Position numbers and translations under genes: made by a program. The notes below the pieces were generated by a model, which was given only the letters and a program-made list of their open reading frames with translations, was not told the origin of the DNA and did not search any database. This document shows, in pieces, positions 47,112 to 56,832 of a stretch of DNA of 64,000 nucleotides. Origin of the DNA: Gemmatimonadota bacterium (GTDB lineage Bacteria; Gemmatimonadota; Gemmatimonadetes; Gemmatimonadales; GWC2-71-9); NCBI GenBank assembly GCA_039584325.1, contig JBDGYA010000006.1:11845-75844 (forward strand), in the 5' to 3' direction. Position 1 is the stretch's first letter. Each line of letters starts with the position of its first letter.

Positions 47112-47668
47112 TGCCCCCTCGTCCAGAAGGGGTGTCCGCACTCGAGCTGCCCTCATGGGCCCGCGTTTCCCCACAGCGGCGGGCGCACATTCACGGCGTC
47201 TCGAACCTCCTGATGACCTGGGCGAGGCGGTTCGGCGTCTCCGAGGTGGAGCGGGACCGCTGGCGCCGGGCCGCGCTCATGCACGACGCCGTGAAGGACG
47301 CGCCGACGGCCGAGCTGGAGGCGCTCGCCGACATCCGCTGGGGGCCGAAGAACCTCTTGCACGGTCCCGCTGCCGCGCGGCTCGCCGAGCAGCACGGCGA
47401 GACCGATCCCGGGGTGTTGAGTGCCATCCGGTACCATTCGGTGGGATACGCGGGTTGGGATGAGGTGGGCCGCATGCTCTATGTCGCGGACTACCTCGAG
47501 CCCGGCCGAGCGGGGTTGCCGGCGGAGGTCGCGGAGATGCGTGCCCGGGTCCCGGACGATCCGGACGGCGCCCTGCGCGACGTCGCCGGTTTGCGCATCG
47601 GCCGTCACGTCGCGCGGGCCCACCCGCTGCTCGCTGAGACGGTGGCGTTCTGGAACGGGCTGCTATGA
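47108..47668 (+). CDS. YqeK-like HD-domain phosphohydrolase
   Basis: RRAHIHGVSNL.., AALMHDAVKD (HD motif), AIRYHSVG, and YVADYLEPGR follow the YqeK-family pattern. Start is GTG 47108 or ATG 47111. Confidence 0.7.
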   Translation: MMPPRPEGVSALELPSWARVSPQRRAHIHGVSNLLMTWARRFGVSEVERDRWRRAALMHDAVKDAPTAELEALADIRWGPKNLLHGPAAARLAEQHGETDPGVLSAIRYHSVGYAGWDEVGRMLYVADYLEPGRAGLPAEVAEMRARVPDDPDGALRDVAGLRIGRHVARAHPLLAETVAFWNGLL

Positions 47669-48072
47669 GACGGATACTGCTGGCAACCGCCGCCGTCACA
47701 CTGGTGGCGGTCACCGGCTGGTGGGCGATCGGTCTCCGGAGGGCCGAGGGCGGGCAATACCCGATTCCTGGCGAGCGCTACCAGGTCGCGGTCGAAGTGT
47801 TGAACGCTATCGGGGTGGATGGCCTCGCCCGCGACGCAACCATGCGGCTCAGGGAGCGGGGGCTCGACGTGGTGTCGTTCGGGAATGCGGGATTCGACAC
47901 GCTGTCGCTGACGCGGGTGGTAGCGCGGCGCGGTGACACGACGGTCGCACGGCACGTGCAGGGGGCCTTGGGGGTCGGGGTGGTCGTGGACGACGAAGAC
48001 CCGCGTCGGCTTCTCGACGTGTCAATCTATCTGGGACGCGACGCCCTTCCCGCACTCGGTCGCAGTCCGTAG
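47665..48072 (+). CDS. Membrane-anchored LytR_C-domain protein
   Basis: N-terminal TM segment (ILLATAAVTLVAVTGWW), then VEVLNAIGVDGLARDATMRLRERGLDVVSFGNA.., typical of the LytR/CpsA/Psr C-terminal domain. ATGA overlap with the previous gene. Confidence 0.6.
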   Translation: MRRILLATAAVTLVAVTGWWAIGLRRAEGGQYPIPGERYQVAVEVLNAIGVDGLARDATMRLRERGLDVVSFGNAGFDTLSLTRVVARRGDTTVARHVQGALGVGVVVDDEDPRRLLDVSIYLGRDALPALGRSP

Positions 48073-49071
48073 CTGTCCACACGCCGCCGCAATGTCGAGG
48101 CCGCGGCTCCTGCGGACGGTGACCGACGCTCCGCCGGAACGCACCAGCTCGGCGAATCGCTCGATCTCGGCGTGTGCGGTGGGCGCAAGCCCGGGGGCGC
48201 CGCCTGCGTGTAGAGGCAGGAGATTGATAAGGGCGCCAAGGGGGCGGGCGAGCAGGGCCAGAGCCTTGGCGTCGGCGTCACTGTCGTTGACCCCCCGTAT
48301 CATGACGTACTCGAGCGTGATCCGACTGGCGAACCGGCGCAGGGCCTCGAGGACGGCGTCCAGCGGATAGCGCCGTTCGACGGGCATGAGCGCCCGCCGC
48401 TGCTGGCTGGTGGGAGCGTGCAGCGACAGGGCCACGCGGAACTGCTCGGGGCGGGCGGCGAGTGCTTCCAGACCGGGGAGGATGCCGACGGTGCTCACCG
48501 TGATGTGCCGGGCCCCGATGCCGAGCCCACTCGGTTCGTTGAGGATCGTCAGCGACCGGTCCACCGCCCTCCAGTTGTGCAGCGGCTCACCCATCCCCAT
48601 GAACACGACGTTGCTGGGTTGGCCGATCTCGGGATCCAGCATCAGCTCGCGTACCTGCGCGACGATCTCCCACGGCTGCAGGTGGCGCTGGAATCCCATG
48701 CGTCCGGTGGCGCAGAACACGCAGCCGTAGGCACAGCCCGACTGTGACGAGATGCACACGGTGCGCCGGCGACCTTCAGGAATCAGCACCGACTCGACGG
48801 CGTGCCCATCCGGGAATTCCCACAGAAACTTGATGGTGCCGTCGGCCGAGACCTTACGCGTCCGCTCGGTCGGCCGGGGTAGGGGGAAGGCGTCGTCCAG
48901 GGCGCTCCGCAGGTCGACGGGCAGGTCGCTGGCATCGGCCCACCGCCGCACGGGTCGCCGCCACAGCCGCGGGACTATCTGCCGCTCCCGGTATGAGGGC
49001 TCGCCCCGGCGGCGGAGCCAAATGGCGACTTCGGCGGCGGCATGCGAGGGTACGAGCTCGAGGAGGTTCAC
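48022..49071 (-). CDS. rlmN: 23S rRNA/tRNA m2A methyltransferase RlmN (radical SAM)
   Basis: ORF 48022..50181 trimmed to GTG 49071 (VNLLELVP..). Radical-SAM cluster SSQSGCAYGCVFCATG, FMGMGEPLHN, and the second catalytic Cys region AACGQL. Confidence 0.9.
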   Translation of the reverse strand: MNLLELVPSHAAAEVAIWLRRRGEPSYRERQIVPRLWRRPVRRWADASDLPVDLRSALDDAFPLPRPTERTRKVSADGTIKFLWEFPDGHAVESVLIPEGRRRTVCISSQSGCAYGCVFCATGRMGFQRHLQPWEIVAQVRELMLDPEIGQPSNVVFMGMGEPLHNWRAVDRSLTILNEPSGLGIGARHITVSTVGILPGLEALAARPEQFRVALSLHAPTSQQRRALMPVERRYPLDAVLEALRRFASRITLEYVMIRGVNDSDADAKALALLARPLGALINLLPLHAGGAPGLAPTAHAEIERFAELVRSGGASVTVRRSRGLDIAAACGQLRTATECGKGVASQID

Positions 49072-49973
49072 GGCCGGAACTCGACGTCGATCCCCACGCG
49101 GAAAGTCCCGCCGACTTCGTTTGCCCCGAGGCCGTGCGCCAGGGCGATCGTGTACCCGCCGAACCGCAGACCCAGTGACACGCTTGGGCGCCACGTGCGC
49201 TCCACCACACCCGACTCGCTCGCGAGGGCGGCGTCGACGGTCAGGCGGTCGTGGACTTCGGCACCCAGCCCCATGAGGTGCTCCCAGCCCCCGTCGGTCT
49301 GATGGGTGACACCGTACCGCACCAGGGCGCGAGCCCGAAGACCCTCCTCGCCGCGTCGTTCCCACGCCGTGAATTGTGCACCAGCGACGTACTCCGTCCC
49401 CGAGTTCGTCGAGAAATCGATGGGTAAGAGGTGCGTACTCGCGGCGAGAATGAGGCGGTCGAGGGGACGGACGCGCACGCCGGCGTCCAACGTTACGCCG
49501 TTCGTTTTCTCGAGGTCGAACCGAGACTCGTGCAGGTGCAGTCCGGCGCCCACCGCGAGCCAGGCGCTGGAGAAGGCAAGCGTCCCGCCCGCGAACTGCT
49601 CGTATACCGAGATGGAGCCGCCCGTGTTGTCGGGGGAAGTGGTAGTCCGCACCAGGTCGCGAATGTCGACTCGACCGATCAGGATGCCAACCCTGAGCGG
49701 TCCCGGGAGCGGCAGACTGCCCCCGGCCATGAACCCGGAGAGGCCCAGGGTGGCTGACGTATGAACCGCGTGCGCTCCGATCGCCAGCCCCGAGGAAGTC
49801 CCCACGGCGGCTGGGTTCCAGAAAGCACCGGTGGACCCCTTGAAGAGGCTTGAAGGGGTCGCCAGCGACGTCGCGGCCACCCGCCAGAGGGCAGCGGGAG
49901 GAGGTGCCTGGGCAGCGAGAGGAGCTGTGGCGCCTGAGGCGCAGAGGGCAACTAATATGACGACCGGTCGCAC
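49068..49973 (-). CDS. Putative outer-membrane beta-barrel protein
   Basis: Signal peptide MRPVVILVALCASGATAPLAAQA, alternating amphipathic strands, an N-proximal FWNPAAVG motif like PorV/TraF/FadL-type barrels, and a C-terminal ..FRVGIDVEFRP. GTG start. The family is not assignable by eye. Confidence 0.55.
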   Translation of the reverse strand: MRPVVILVALCASGATAPLAAQAPPPAALWRVAATSLATPSSLFKGSTGAFWNPAAVGTSSGLAIGAHAVHTSATLGLSGFMAGGSLPLPGPLRVGILIGRVDIRDLVRTTTSPDNTGGSISVYEQFAGGTLAFSSAWLAVGAGLHLHESRFDLEKTNGVTLDAGVRVRPLDRLILAASTHLLPIDFSTNSGTEYVAGAQFTAWERRGEEGLRARALVRYGVTHQTDGGWEHLMGLGAEVHDRLTVDAALASESGVVERTWRPSVSLGLRFGGYTIALAHGLGANEVGGTFRVGIDVEFRP

Positions 49974-50279
49974 GCCGAAGCTTCACGCGGTCCTCGACGG
50001 GTGTCAAGCCAGCTTGTGGCCCCCTCCCGTCGACGTTATGTTCAACCGTCACTGAGACTTGAGTGGTCCGCGAGCCATCGAGGATGGAGCCATCTGGCCC
50101 CACTTGGAGCAGGCGCTCCCGTTGAGACGAGGTCTCGTCCGATCGGAAGGGCGCGGTCCAACGATCTTCCCCCCGCCCCAATCTCCGAGTCGATCACCGA
50201 GCCGCTTCCACGGCACGGCCGATTGGACGGGTCGTCAGGGATCGCTCGCGGCCGTACTAGCCGTACTATCGGAAGGGGT

Positions 50280-52055
50280 ATGACGGCAACGACAATGCGA
50301 ACGCACCGCTGCGGAGCCCTCCGCGCGGAACACGTGGGTGCCCAGGTGCGGCTGGGTGGCTGGATTCACCGCCGCCGGGATCTTGGCGGGCTCATCTTCC
50401 TCGATGTACGGGACCGCGACGGACTCGCGCAGGTCGCCTTCGAGCCGGGCCGCACGCCGGAGGACGTGATCGCCGTCGCCGCAGAGTGCGTGACGGAGTC
50501 CGTCGTTCTGGTTGAAGGTGAGGTTCGCTATCGGCCTGACGATGCCAGAAATCCCCAGATGCCGACTGGAGAGGTCGAGGTTCTCGCGTCGCGCATCGAG
50601 GTCGTGGGACCGGCCGCGATCGATGCGCTTCCCATTCCGGTCTGGCGCACCAAGGGCGAGAACCTCCCCGAGGAGGAACTGCGTTTGTTGCATCGCCACC
50701 TCGATCTCCGCCGACCGGAGCTGCAGCGCAATCTGGCCCTGAGACACCGGCTCTTGCAGCGGGCCCGGGCAACCATGAGCGCGCTCGACTTCCATGAAAT
50801 CGAGACGCCGATCCTGACGAAACCCACTCCGGAGGGAGCACGGGACTACCTGGTGCCCTCCCGAGTGCACCCGGGCCAGTTCTTTGCTCTCCCGCAGAGC
50901 CCACAGCTGTATAAGCAGTTGCTCATGGTCTCCGGCTTTGATCGCTACTTCCAGATTGCCCGGTGTTTCCGCGATGAGGACCTCCGTGCGGACCGTCAGC
51001 CGGAGTTCACGCAGATCGATGTCGAGGCGTCGTTCGTGTCGCCGGCGGACATCTACGCGGTGTTGGAGACCCTGTTCGTGGCCCTGTGGGCGGAGGCGGG
51101 GTTCAGCGTCGAGGCACCGTTCCGGCGGCTCCCGTACGCGGACGCGATGGAACGGTATGGGACTGACAAGCCGGACCTGCGGTTCGGGCTGGAGATCGTC
51201 GATCTCACCCCGGTGCTCTCTGATCGCGGCTTCACGGTGTTCGAGCAGGCCGTTGCCGAGGGTGGTCGGGTGCGGGGCATTCGGATACCGGGAGGAGCGA
51301 AGCTGTCGCGCAGGAACATCGATGAGCTCACCGATGCGATCCGGGGTGCAGGCCTCGGAGGCCTTGCGACGCTGAAGCACCGGGATGGCGTGCTGACGGG
51401 ACCGCTGGCCAAGCTGGACGGCGTCACGGCGGAGCGAGTGCGACTCGAGGAGGGCGGGTTGCTGGTGGTGGTGGCCGGTCCTGACCATGTCACCGGGGGC
51501 GCGCTCGATATCGTGCGACGTCGGGTCGCGCGAATGCTCGATCTGGTGCCGGCCGACGCGCATGCCTTCACGTGGGTCGACGAGTTCCCGTTGTTCGAGC
51601 ACGATACGGACACGGGGGAGTGGATGGTTGCCCACCATCCGTTCACCTCTCCGCGTCCGGGGGATCGTGAGCGACTGCTGGCCGGCGAGCGGGAGGGGAT
51701 CCTGGCGCAGCACTACGACCTGGTCTTCAACGGCAACGAGCTCGGGAGTGGATCCATCCGTATCACGGATCCGACCATGCAGCTAGCGGTGTTCGACCTC
51801 CTCGGCATTTCCGCCAACGAGGCCGAGCGCCGGTTCGGCTTCCTGTTGCGCGCACTGCGTGCGGGGGCGCCACCACATGGCGGCTTCGCCGTGGGGTTCG
51901 ATCGGGTGGTGATGCTCCTCGCCGGGGTGGAGAGCCTGCGGGACGTCATCGCCTTTCCCAAGACCACGGCAGCGCGTGCGCTGTTCGAGGATGCGCCGAC
52001 GGTCATCGCGCAGCGGGAGCTGGACGAGCTCGCCCTCAAGGTTCACCACGCATGA
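50280..52055 (+). CDS. aspS: Aspartyl-tRNA synthetase (bacterial type)
   Basis: ORF 50001..52055 trimmed to ATG 50280 (MTATTMRTHRCGALR..). OB fold, class II motifs (FFALPQSPQLYKQ, FRDEDLRADRQPEFTQID, GGFAVGFDR) and a GAD insertion. Confidence 0.93.
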   Translation: MTATTMRTHRCGALRAEHVGAQVRLGGWIHRRRDLGGLIFLDVRDRDGLAQVAFEPGRTPEDVIAVAAECVTESVVLVEGEVRYRPDDARNPQMPTGEVEVLASRIEVVGPAAIDALPIPVWRTKGENLPEEELRLLHRHLDLRRPELQRNLALRHRLLQRARATMSALDFHEIETPILTKPTPEGARDYLVPSRVHPGQFFALPQSPQLYKQLLMVSGFDRYFQIARCFRDEDLRADRQPEFTQIDVEASFVSPADIYAVLETLFVALWAEAGFSVEAPFRRLPYADAMERYGTDKPDLRFGLEIVDLTPVLSDRGFTVFEQAVAEGGRVRGIRIPGGAKLSRRNIDELTDAIRGAGLGGLATLKHRDGVLTGPLAKLDGVTAERVRLEEGGLLVVVAGPDHVTGGALDIVRRRVARMLDLVPADAHAFTWVDEFPLFEHDTDTGEWMVAHHPFTSPRPGDRERLLAGEREGILAQHYDLVFNGNELGSGSIRITDPTMQLAVFDLLGISANEAERRFGFLLRALRAGAPPHGGFAVGFDRVVMLLAGVESLRDVIAFPKTTAARALFEDAPTVIAQRELDELALKVHHA

Positions 52056-53005
52056 CCGAACGGGTCACGCATCGGATTTCCATCGAAGGCGCCGATCCCC
52101 TGGCGCTTGCGGGCGTCAACGACGCCAATCTGGTCGCGCTCGAGGATGGCACGGGGGCCCGGACGACACTCCGCGGTGAACAGCTGACCATCGTGGGCGA
52201 GCTGGAAGCCGTGGAGCATGCGACCCGCATTTCGGCTGCGATGGTCGAGATGGTGCGACTCGGGGAGGTTCTTGACCGGACCGACGTCGAGCGGCTGCTG
52301 AGTAACGGCGCGGACGTCGGGGCGCAGGTAGCCAACGGCGAGCTGAAGATCGTGCTTCCGGGCATGCGCCGGATCATCCAACCGAAATCGGCGGGACAGC
52401 GTCAGTACGTACAGGCAATGCGGGACAACGAGATCGTCATCGGCATTGGACCGGCAGGCACGGGCAAAACGTACCTCGCGGTGGCCCTCGGGGTCGAGGC
52501 GCTCACCCGGAAGCGGGTGCGGCGTCTCGTGCTCGCGCGCCCGGCTGTCGAGGCCGGAGAGCGGCTCGGCTTCCTCCCCGGGGACTTGCAGGCCAAGGTC
52601 GATCCGTACCTGCGTCCGCTGTACGATGCGCTCGAGGACATGATGCCCTTCGACCGAATCCAGCGGGCGTTGGAGACGCGGACCATAGAAATCGCTCCGC
52701 TCGGCTACATGCGGGGCCGCACGCTGCAGGACGCCTTCGTGATCCTCGACGAAGCCCAGAACGTGACTGGCATGCAGATGAAGATGTTCCTCACTCGACT
52801 CGGCTTGAACTCGCGTGCGGTGGTGGTCGGTGACAAGACGCAGATCGACCTGCCGGCGCGGGAGGATTCCGGCCTGGTTCAGGTCGAACGGGTTCTTCCC
52901 GACGTCGATGGCGTGGCATTCTGCTACTTCGAGGACGGGGATGTCGTGCGCCATCGGCTCGTGCGGGAGATCATTCGCGCATACGCGGAGGATCAGGGCG
53001 CATGA
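52052..53005 (+). CDS. ybeZ: PhoH-family ATPase (YbeZ-like)
   Basis: Walker A GPAGTGKTYLAV and FVILDEAQN, 317 aa, in the conserved ybeZ-ybeY context. Confidence 0.9.
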   Translation: MTERVTHRISIEGADPLALAGVNDANLVALEDGTGARTTLRGEQLTIVGELEAVEHATRISAAMVEMVRLGEVLDRTDVERLLSNGADVGAQVANGELKIVLPGMRRIIQPKSAGQRQYVQAMRDNEIVIGIGPAGTGKTYLAVALGVEALTRKRVRRLVLARPAVEAGERLGFLPGDLQAKVDPYLRPLYDALEDMMPFDRIQRALETRTIEIAPLGYMRGRTLQDAFVILDEAQNVTGMQMKMFLTRLGLNSRAVVVGDKTQIDLPAREDSGLVQVERVLPDVDGVAFCYFEDGDVVRHRLVREIIRAYAEDQGA

Positions 53006-55209
53006 CCAGCGGACAGCGTCGCTCGCTCAATCTCGAGCTGATGCCCAGCCAGCTGCCCGGCACCGTGGCGTTCCATGCGACGCGGTGGGGACTGCTGCTC
53101 GGGCTCGCGCTCCTCACCTACCTGCTCTTTCCGGTCGCCGGCGGCTTCGAGACGGAGATGCTCGAAGCAGGCGATGTGGCGTCCGAGGAAATCATCGCAC
53201 CGTTCGACTTCTACGTCGCGAAGTCGGATGCCGAGATCGCTGCGGAGGCACAGCGCTTGGAGGGGAGTGCCCTGCCGGTCTTCGATGTCCGCACGGATCG
53301 GGTCGATTCCGTACTGGCGGACACCGACTCCCTGCTCGCCGCACTGGCGCGCGCCCGATCACCGCAGGAGCGGATCGCGGTTTCTGCCCAGACGTACGGT
53401 ATGTCGCTCACGCCTGAGGAGGCGGAGCACCTCGACGACGAGCGCTCGCGGAACGAGTACGTCCGGACGCTGAAGCGGATGCTCGCTCGGGAGTTGGGAC
53501 GAGGGGTGGTGTCGGCGCAGGAGGCGGAGCAGCTGCGCACCCGCCCGTACATCCGCCTGCGCCGGAACGGCTCGGACATGACGGTGGTGTCGACCGACAC
53601 GATTCGCTCGGTACCCCAGATCATCGATCGCCGCACGGAGTACTTCGCCGATCCCAGCCACGACGTGTTGATCACCAAGCTGCTGTATGCCCTGGCCGAG
53701 CCGACGTGGGTAGCGAACGATTCGGCCTACGCCGCGATCCGGGCTGAACTGCGCGCCACTGTGAGCCCGTACAAGGATACTGTCAGGGCGAATGAACGGA
53801 TCATCGACGCCAACGAGCTCGTGAGCCCGGCGGCGGCTGAGCGGCTCTACGGGTTGCGGCAGCAGTTGATCGAGCGGGGGGGCGAGAGTGAGGGACGGCT
53901 CGCCGGGATCGTCGGACAGGTGTTGATGAACGCCTTGTTGCTTGCGGTATTCTGGGTGCTCCTGCAGCTCTACCGACCGATGATCTACGAGAATCTGCGT
54001 CAGATGCTCTTGCTGGCACTCCTGTTCGCGCTCGTCATCGTCGGTGCCAAGGTGACCTCGGAGTTCATCTCCGCCGCGCCTGAGCTGATCCCGATTCCGT
54101 TTGCGGCGATGCTCATGACCGCCATGTTCCGCGGGCGCGTCGCTATGGTGGGGGCGATGGTGATGGCGATCCTCCTGGGGTCGCAGGCCGTGTACTCGGG
54201 GGTGGAGTCGGTCATTCTCGCCCTCTTCGGTGGGGTCGCGGCCGCCGTGAGCGTGCGGAACGTGCGGCGGCGTGACCACTTCCTGCTGGCTGCCGCGGTG
54301 GTGGCGGCGGCGTACGTTCTGGCCGGCCTCGCACTCAAGCTGAGGGTCGAGGCGTCCCTGGTGGAGGTCGGCTACATCGGGATCCGCGGTGGGCTCAACG
54401 CGGTTGCGTCCGCGGCACTCGTATCGACGCTCCTGCCGCTGTTCGAGTGGATCGGCGGCGTCACGACCGATCTGTCGTTGCTGGAGCTGTCCGATCCGGA
54501 TCGGCCCCTCATCAGGCGCCTGGCGATCGAGGCGCCGGGGACCTATGCGCACAGTATTGCCATGGCCAACCTGTGCGAAGCGGCCTGCAAGGCCGTCGGT
54601 GGGCACGGGCTGCTGGCGCGCGTCGGATGCTACTACCACGATGTCGGCAAGGTCCGCAAACCGCAGTATTTCGTCGAGAACCAGGGTGGTGGCGCCAATC
54701 CCCACGACAAACTGAAGCCCGAGGTGTCCGCGGGCATTGTGCGGAACCACGTACGTGACGGGCTCCAGCTCGCCGACGAGCACAATCTGCCCGACGTCAT
54801 CAAGGCGTTCGTCGCGGAGCACCACGGGACGATGGAGATCTCGTACTTCCTCGACCGGGCGCGCAACCGGGACGGAGACGGGGAAGTGGACGCAAAGGAG
54901 TTCCGGTACCCGGGGCCCAAGCCGCGCTCGCTCGAGACGGCCGTGGCAATGCTGGCCGATGGCGTGGAGGCTGCGGTGCGCGTGCTGGACGATCCCGACC
55001 CCGAGCGGCTACGCGATGTGATCGGCCATCTGGTGAAGCAGCGCGTGGATGCGGGGCAGTTGGAGGACGCACCGCTCACGATGGCGCAGCTCACCATGGT
55101 GCGGGAGGAGTTCGCGCGGGTCCTCGGTGGGACCATGCACAACCGCATCGACTACCCCGCGACCTCTGGCGGCATCGCCGCTGATTGGGAAGCACGTTCG
55201 GATGCATGA
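53002..55209 (+). CDS. 7TM-HD membrane phosphohydrolase (PgpH/YqfF family)
   Basis: 735 aa: N-terminal extracytoplasmic region, a 7-TM block, and an HD domain (YAHSIAMANL.., YYHDVGKVRKPQYFVEN, AEHHGT). Confidence 0.85.
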   Translation: MTSGQRRSLNLELMPSQLPGTVAFHATRWGLLLGLALLTYLLFPVAGGFETEMLEAGDVASEEIIAPFDFYVAKSDAEIAAEAQRLEGSALPVFDVRTDRVDSVLADTDSLLAALARARSPQERIAVSAQTYGMSLTPEEAEHLDDERSRNEYVRTLKRMLARELGRGVVSAQEAEQLRTRPYIRLRRNGSDMTVVSTDTIRSVPQIIDRRTEYFADPSHDVLITKLLYALAEPTWVANDSAYAAIRAELRATVSPYKDTVRANERIIDANELVSPAAAERLYGLRQQLIERGGESEGRLAGIVGQVLMNALLLAVFWVLLQLYRPMIYENLRQMLLLALLFALVIVGAKVTSEFISAAPELIPIPFAAMLMTAMFRGRVAMVGAMVMAILLGSQAVYSGVESVILALFGGVAAAVSVRNVRRRDHFLLAAAVVAAAYVLAGLALKLRVEASLVEVGYIGIRGGLNAVASAALVSTLLPLFEWIGGVTTDLSLLELSDPDRPLIRRLAIEAPGTYAHSIAMANLCEAACKAVGGHGLLARVGCYYHDVGKVRKPQYFVENQGGGANPHDKLKPEVSAGIVRNHVRDGLQLADEHNLPDVIKAFVAEHHGTMEISYFLDRARNRDGDGEVDAKEFRYPGPKPRSLETAVAMLADGVEAAVRVLDDPDPERLRDVIGHLVKQRVDAGQLEDAPLTMAQLTMVREEFARVLGGTMHNRIDYPATSGGIAADWEARSDA

Positions 55210-55642
55210 CGTTCGGGTAACTGACGCTGCAGGCTCCTTCCCGCTCGATGCCGACGATGTTGCCAGCTGGGCTGGGGCGGTGCTGGAGGGGGAGACGGAG
55301 GAGGAGGCCACGCTGTCGATCACCTTTGTCGACACCGACGCCATGCGACGGCTGAACCGGGAAGCGCTGGGGCGCGATCGCCCGACGGACGTGATCGCGT
55401 TCCGTCTAGAGGATCCTTCCGGACTTGTGGGTGACGTGTACGTGTGTCCAGCTGTCGCGGGTGAGAATGCCACGGCCGCCGGCGTAGCGACCGCAGAGGA
55501 GCTGGTGCGGCTCGTCGTGCATGGCGTTCTGCACGTGCTCGGACACGACCATCCGGAAGAGCCGGGAGACCGGGTGGTGTCCTCGATGTGGCGACTTCAG
55601 GAGCGCTACGTGCGCGTCCTCGCGGACGCGGCTCCCGCATGA
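55202..55642 (+). CDS. ybeY: rRNA maturation endoribonuclease YbeY
   Basis: ORF trimmed to ATG 55202. Zinc motif HGVLHVLGHDH. About 146 aa. Confidence 0.9.
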   Translation: MHDVRVTDAAGSFPLDADDVASWAGAVLEGETEEEATLSITFVDTDAMRRLNREALGRDRPTDVIAFRLEDPSGLVGDVYVCPAVAGENATAAGVATAEELVRLVVHGVLHVLGHDHPEEPGDRVVSSMWRLQERYVRVLADAAPA

Positions 55643-56832
55643 TCGGGATACCAATCGACCTCGTCGCGCGGGTCGCCGCGATCGTTGCGGCAGCCTGGGC
55701 AGCGTTGCTCGGACTCGTTCAGGAGGCCCCGACGGTGGCGTCATCGTTGGGCGAGTCTCCTGCTCGACACGGTCAGGCCGTGCCACTCGATCGGGCGCTC
55801 CAGATCGGCCGGCTTGCCCTCGTGATCCTCGCGTCGTGCTTCGCCGGACTCGGACTCTCGTGGTGGGGCCGAACCCCGCTGGCCGCGGTGGTGCAGGTCT
55901 CGGTGACGGTGCTGTTCCTGCTCCTCTTCTCCGATGTGGTCCCACGGGCACTCGGCGTCCTGTTCCCTCATGTGGCGGCGGCGGGGGTGCCACTCGCGCG
56001 ACGAAGTCTGCTACCGTTCCGACCGCTGATCGGCCTGATCGGGGCTGCGGAACGGATCGGGTCGGTCCTGCTGCCGCCCGTCGTGCCAACCGCCTCACCG
56101 GTACGGGACGAAGAGCGCGACATGCTCGCCGGTGTCGTCTCCCTGCGAGACACGACGGTGGCGGAGGTCATGACGCCGCGCCTCGACATCGAGGCGCTGG
56201 AAGCAAGCGCGGAATGGCACGACGTCGTCGATCAGCTTCGGCGATCCGAGCACCATCGCCTGCCGGTCTATGGGGAGGACCTCGACGATCTCCTTGGCAT
56301 CGTCTACGCCAAGGATCTCACGCCCGTCATCGCGGGCCTCTCGGAACGACCGGACAGTTGGCACGCCCTGATCCGGCCCGCCCAATACCTGCCGGAGTCG
56401 AAGCTGCTCGCGAGTCAGTTGCGGGACTTCCAGCGCGGCACCGTCCACCTCGCGATCGTGGTCGACGAGTTCGGAGGGACCTCCGGGCTCATCACGCTCG
56501 AGGACGTCCTCGAGGAGGTCGTCGGCGAGATCTACGGCGAGTATGACCGGGAGGAGCTGCCTGACGTCGTGCGGGAAGGGAACGACAGGTTCTGGGTAGA
56601 TGGGACGGTCACACTCGACACGCTCTCCGAGGCGCTCGGCACGTCGCTGGAGCACGAAGAGGTCGCGACCGTCGGCGGTCTCGTGTACTCGGAGCTCGGC
56701 AGGGTCCCGCGACCTGGGGAGGAGCTGCGCATCGGGGAGTTCCGCGTCGTGGTGGAAAAGGTGGTGCGCCGAAGGATTCAGCGAGTCTACTTCGAGCGGG
56801 AGCCGCTCGGCTCCGCGGAGAGCGTCGAGTGA
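55639..56832 (+). CDS. DUF21-CBS-CorC_HlyC membrane protein (CorC/CNNM family), copy 1
   Basis: ATGA overlap with ybeY. N-terminal TM block, a CBS pair (VAEVMTPRLDI.., HRLPVY) and a CorC_HlyC C-terminal domain (VATVGGLVYSELGRVPRPGE). Confidence 0.8.
   Translation: MIGIPIDLVARVAAIVAAAWAALLGLVQEAPTVASSLGESPARHGQAVPLDRALQIGRLALVILASCFAGLGLSWWGRTPLAAVVQVSVTVLFLLLFSDVVPRALGVLFPHVAAAGVPLARRSLLPFRPLIGLIGAAERIGSVLLPPVVPTASPVRDEERDMLAGVVSLRDTTVAEVMTPRLDIEALEASAEWHDVVDQLRRSEHHRLPVYGEDLDDLLGIVYAKDLTPVIAGLSERPDSWHALIRPAQYLPESKLLASQLRDFQRGTVHLAIVVDEFGGTSGLITLEDVLEEVVGEIYGEYDREELPDVVREGNDRFWVDGTVTLDTLSEALGTSLEHEEVATVGGLVYSELGRVPRPGEELRIGEFRVVVEKVVRRRIQRVYFEREPLGSAESVE

Noticed and set aside
48022-50181. 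N-terminally over-extended ORFs in the track. Examples: 48022..50181 (719 aa), 37774..39618, 41320..42327, 42222..42983, 15566..17683, 17532..18902, 19085..21070, 23764..25206, 44676..46283, 45701..46669 and 50001..52055.
   Set aside because: Homology to the recognised family begins well inside each ORF, at an ATG or GTG that usually forms a 4-nt overlap with the upstream gene. The upstream portions overlap other real genes and have junk-like composition. Coordinates were trimmed accordingly.
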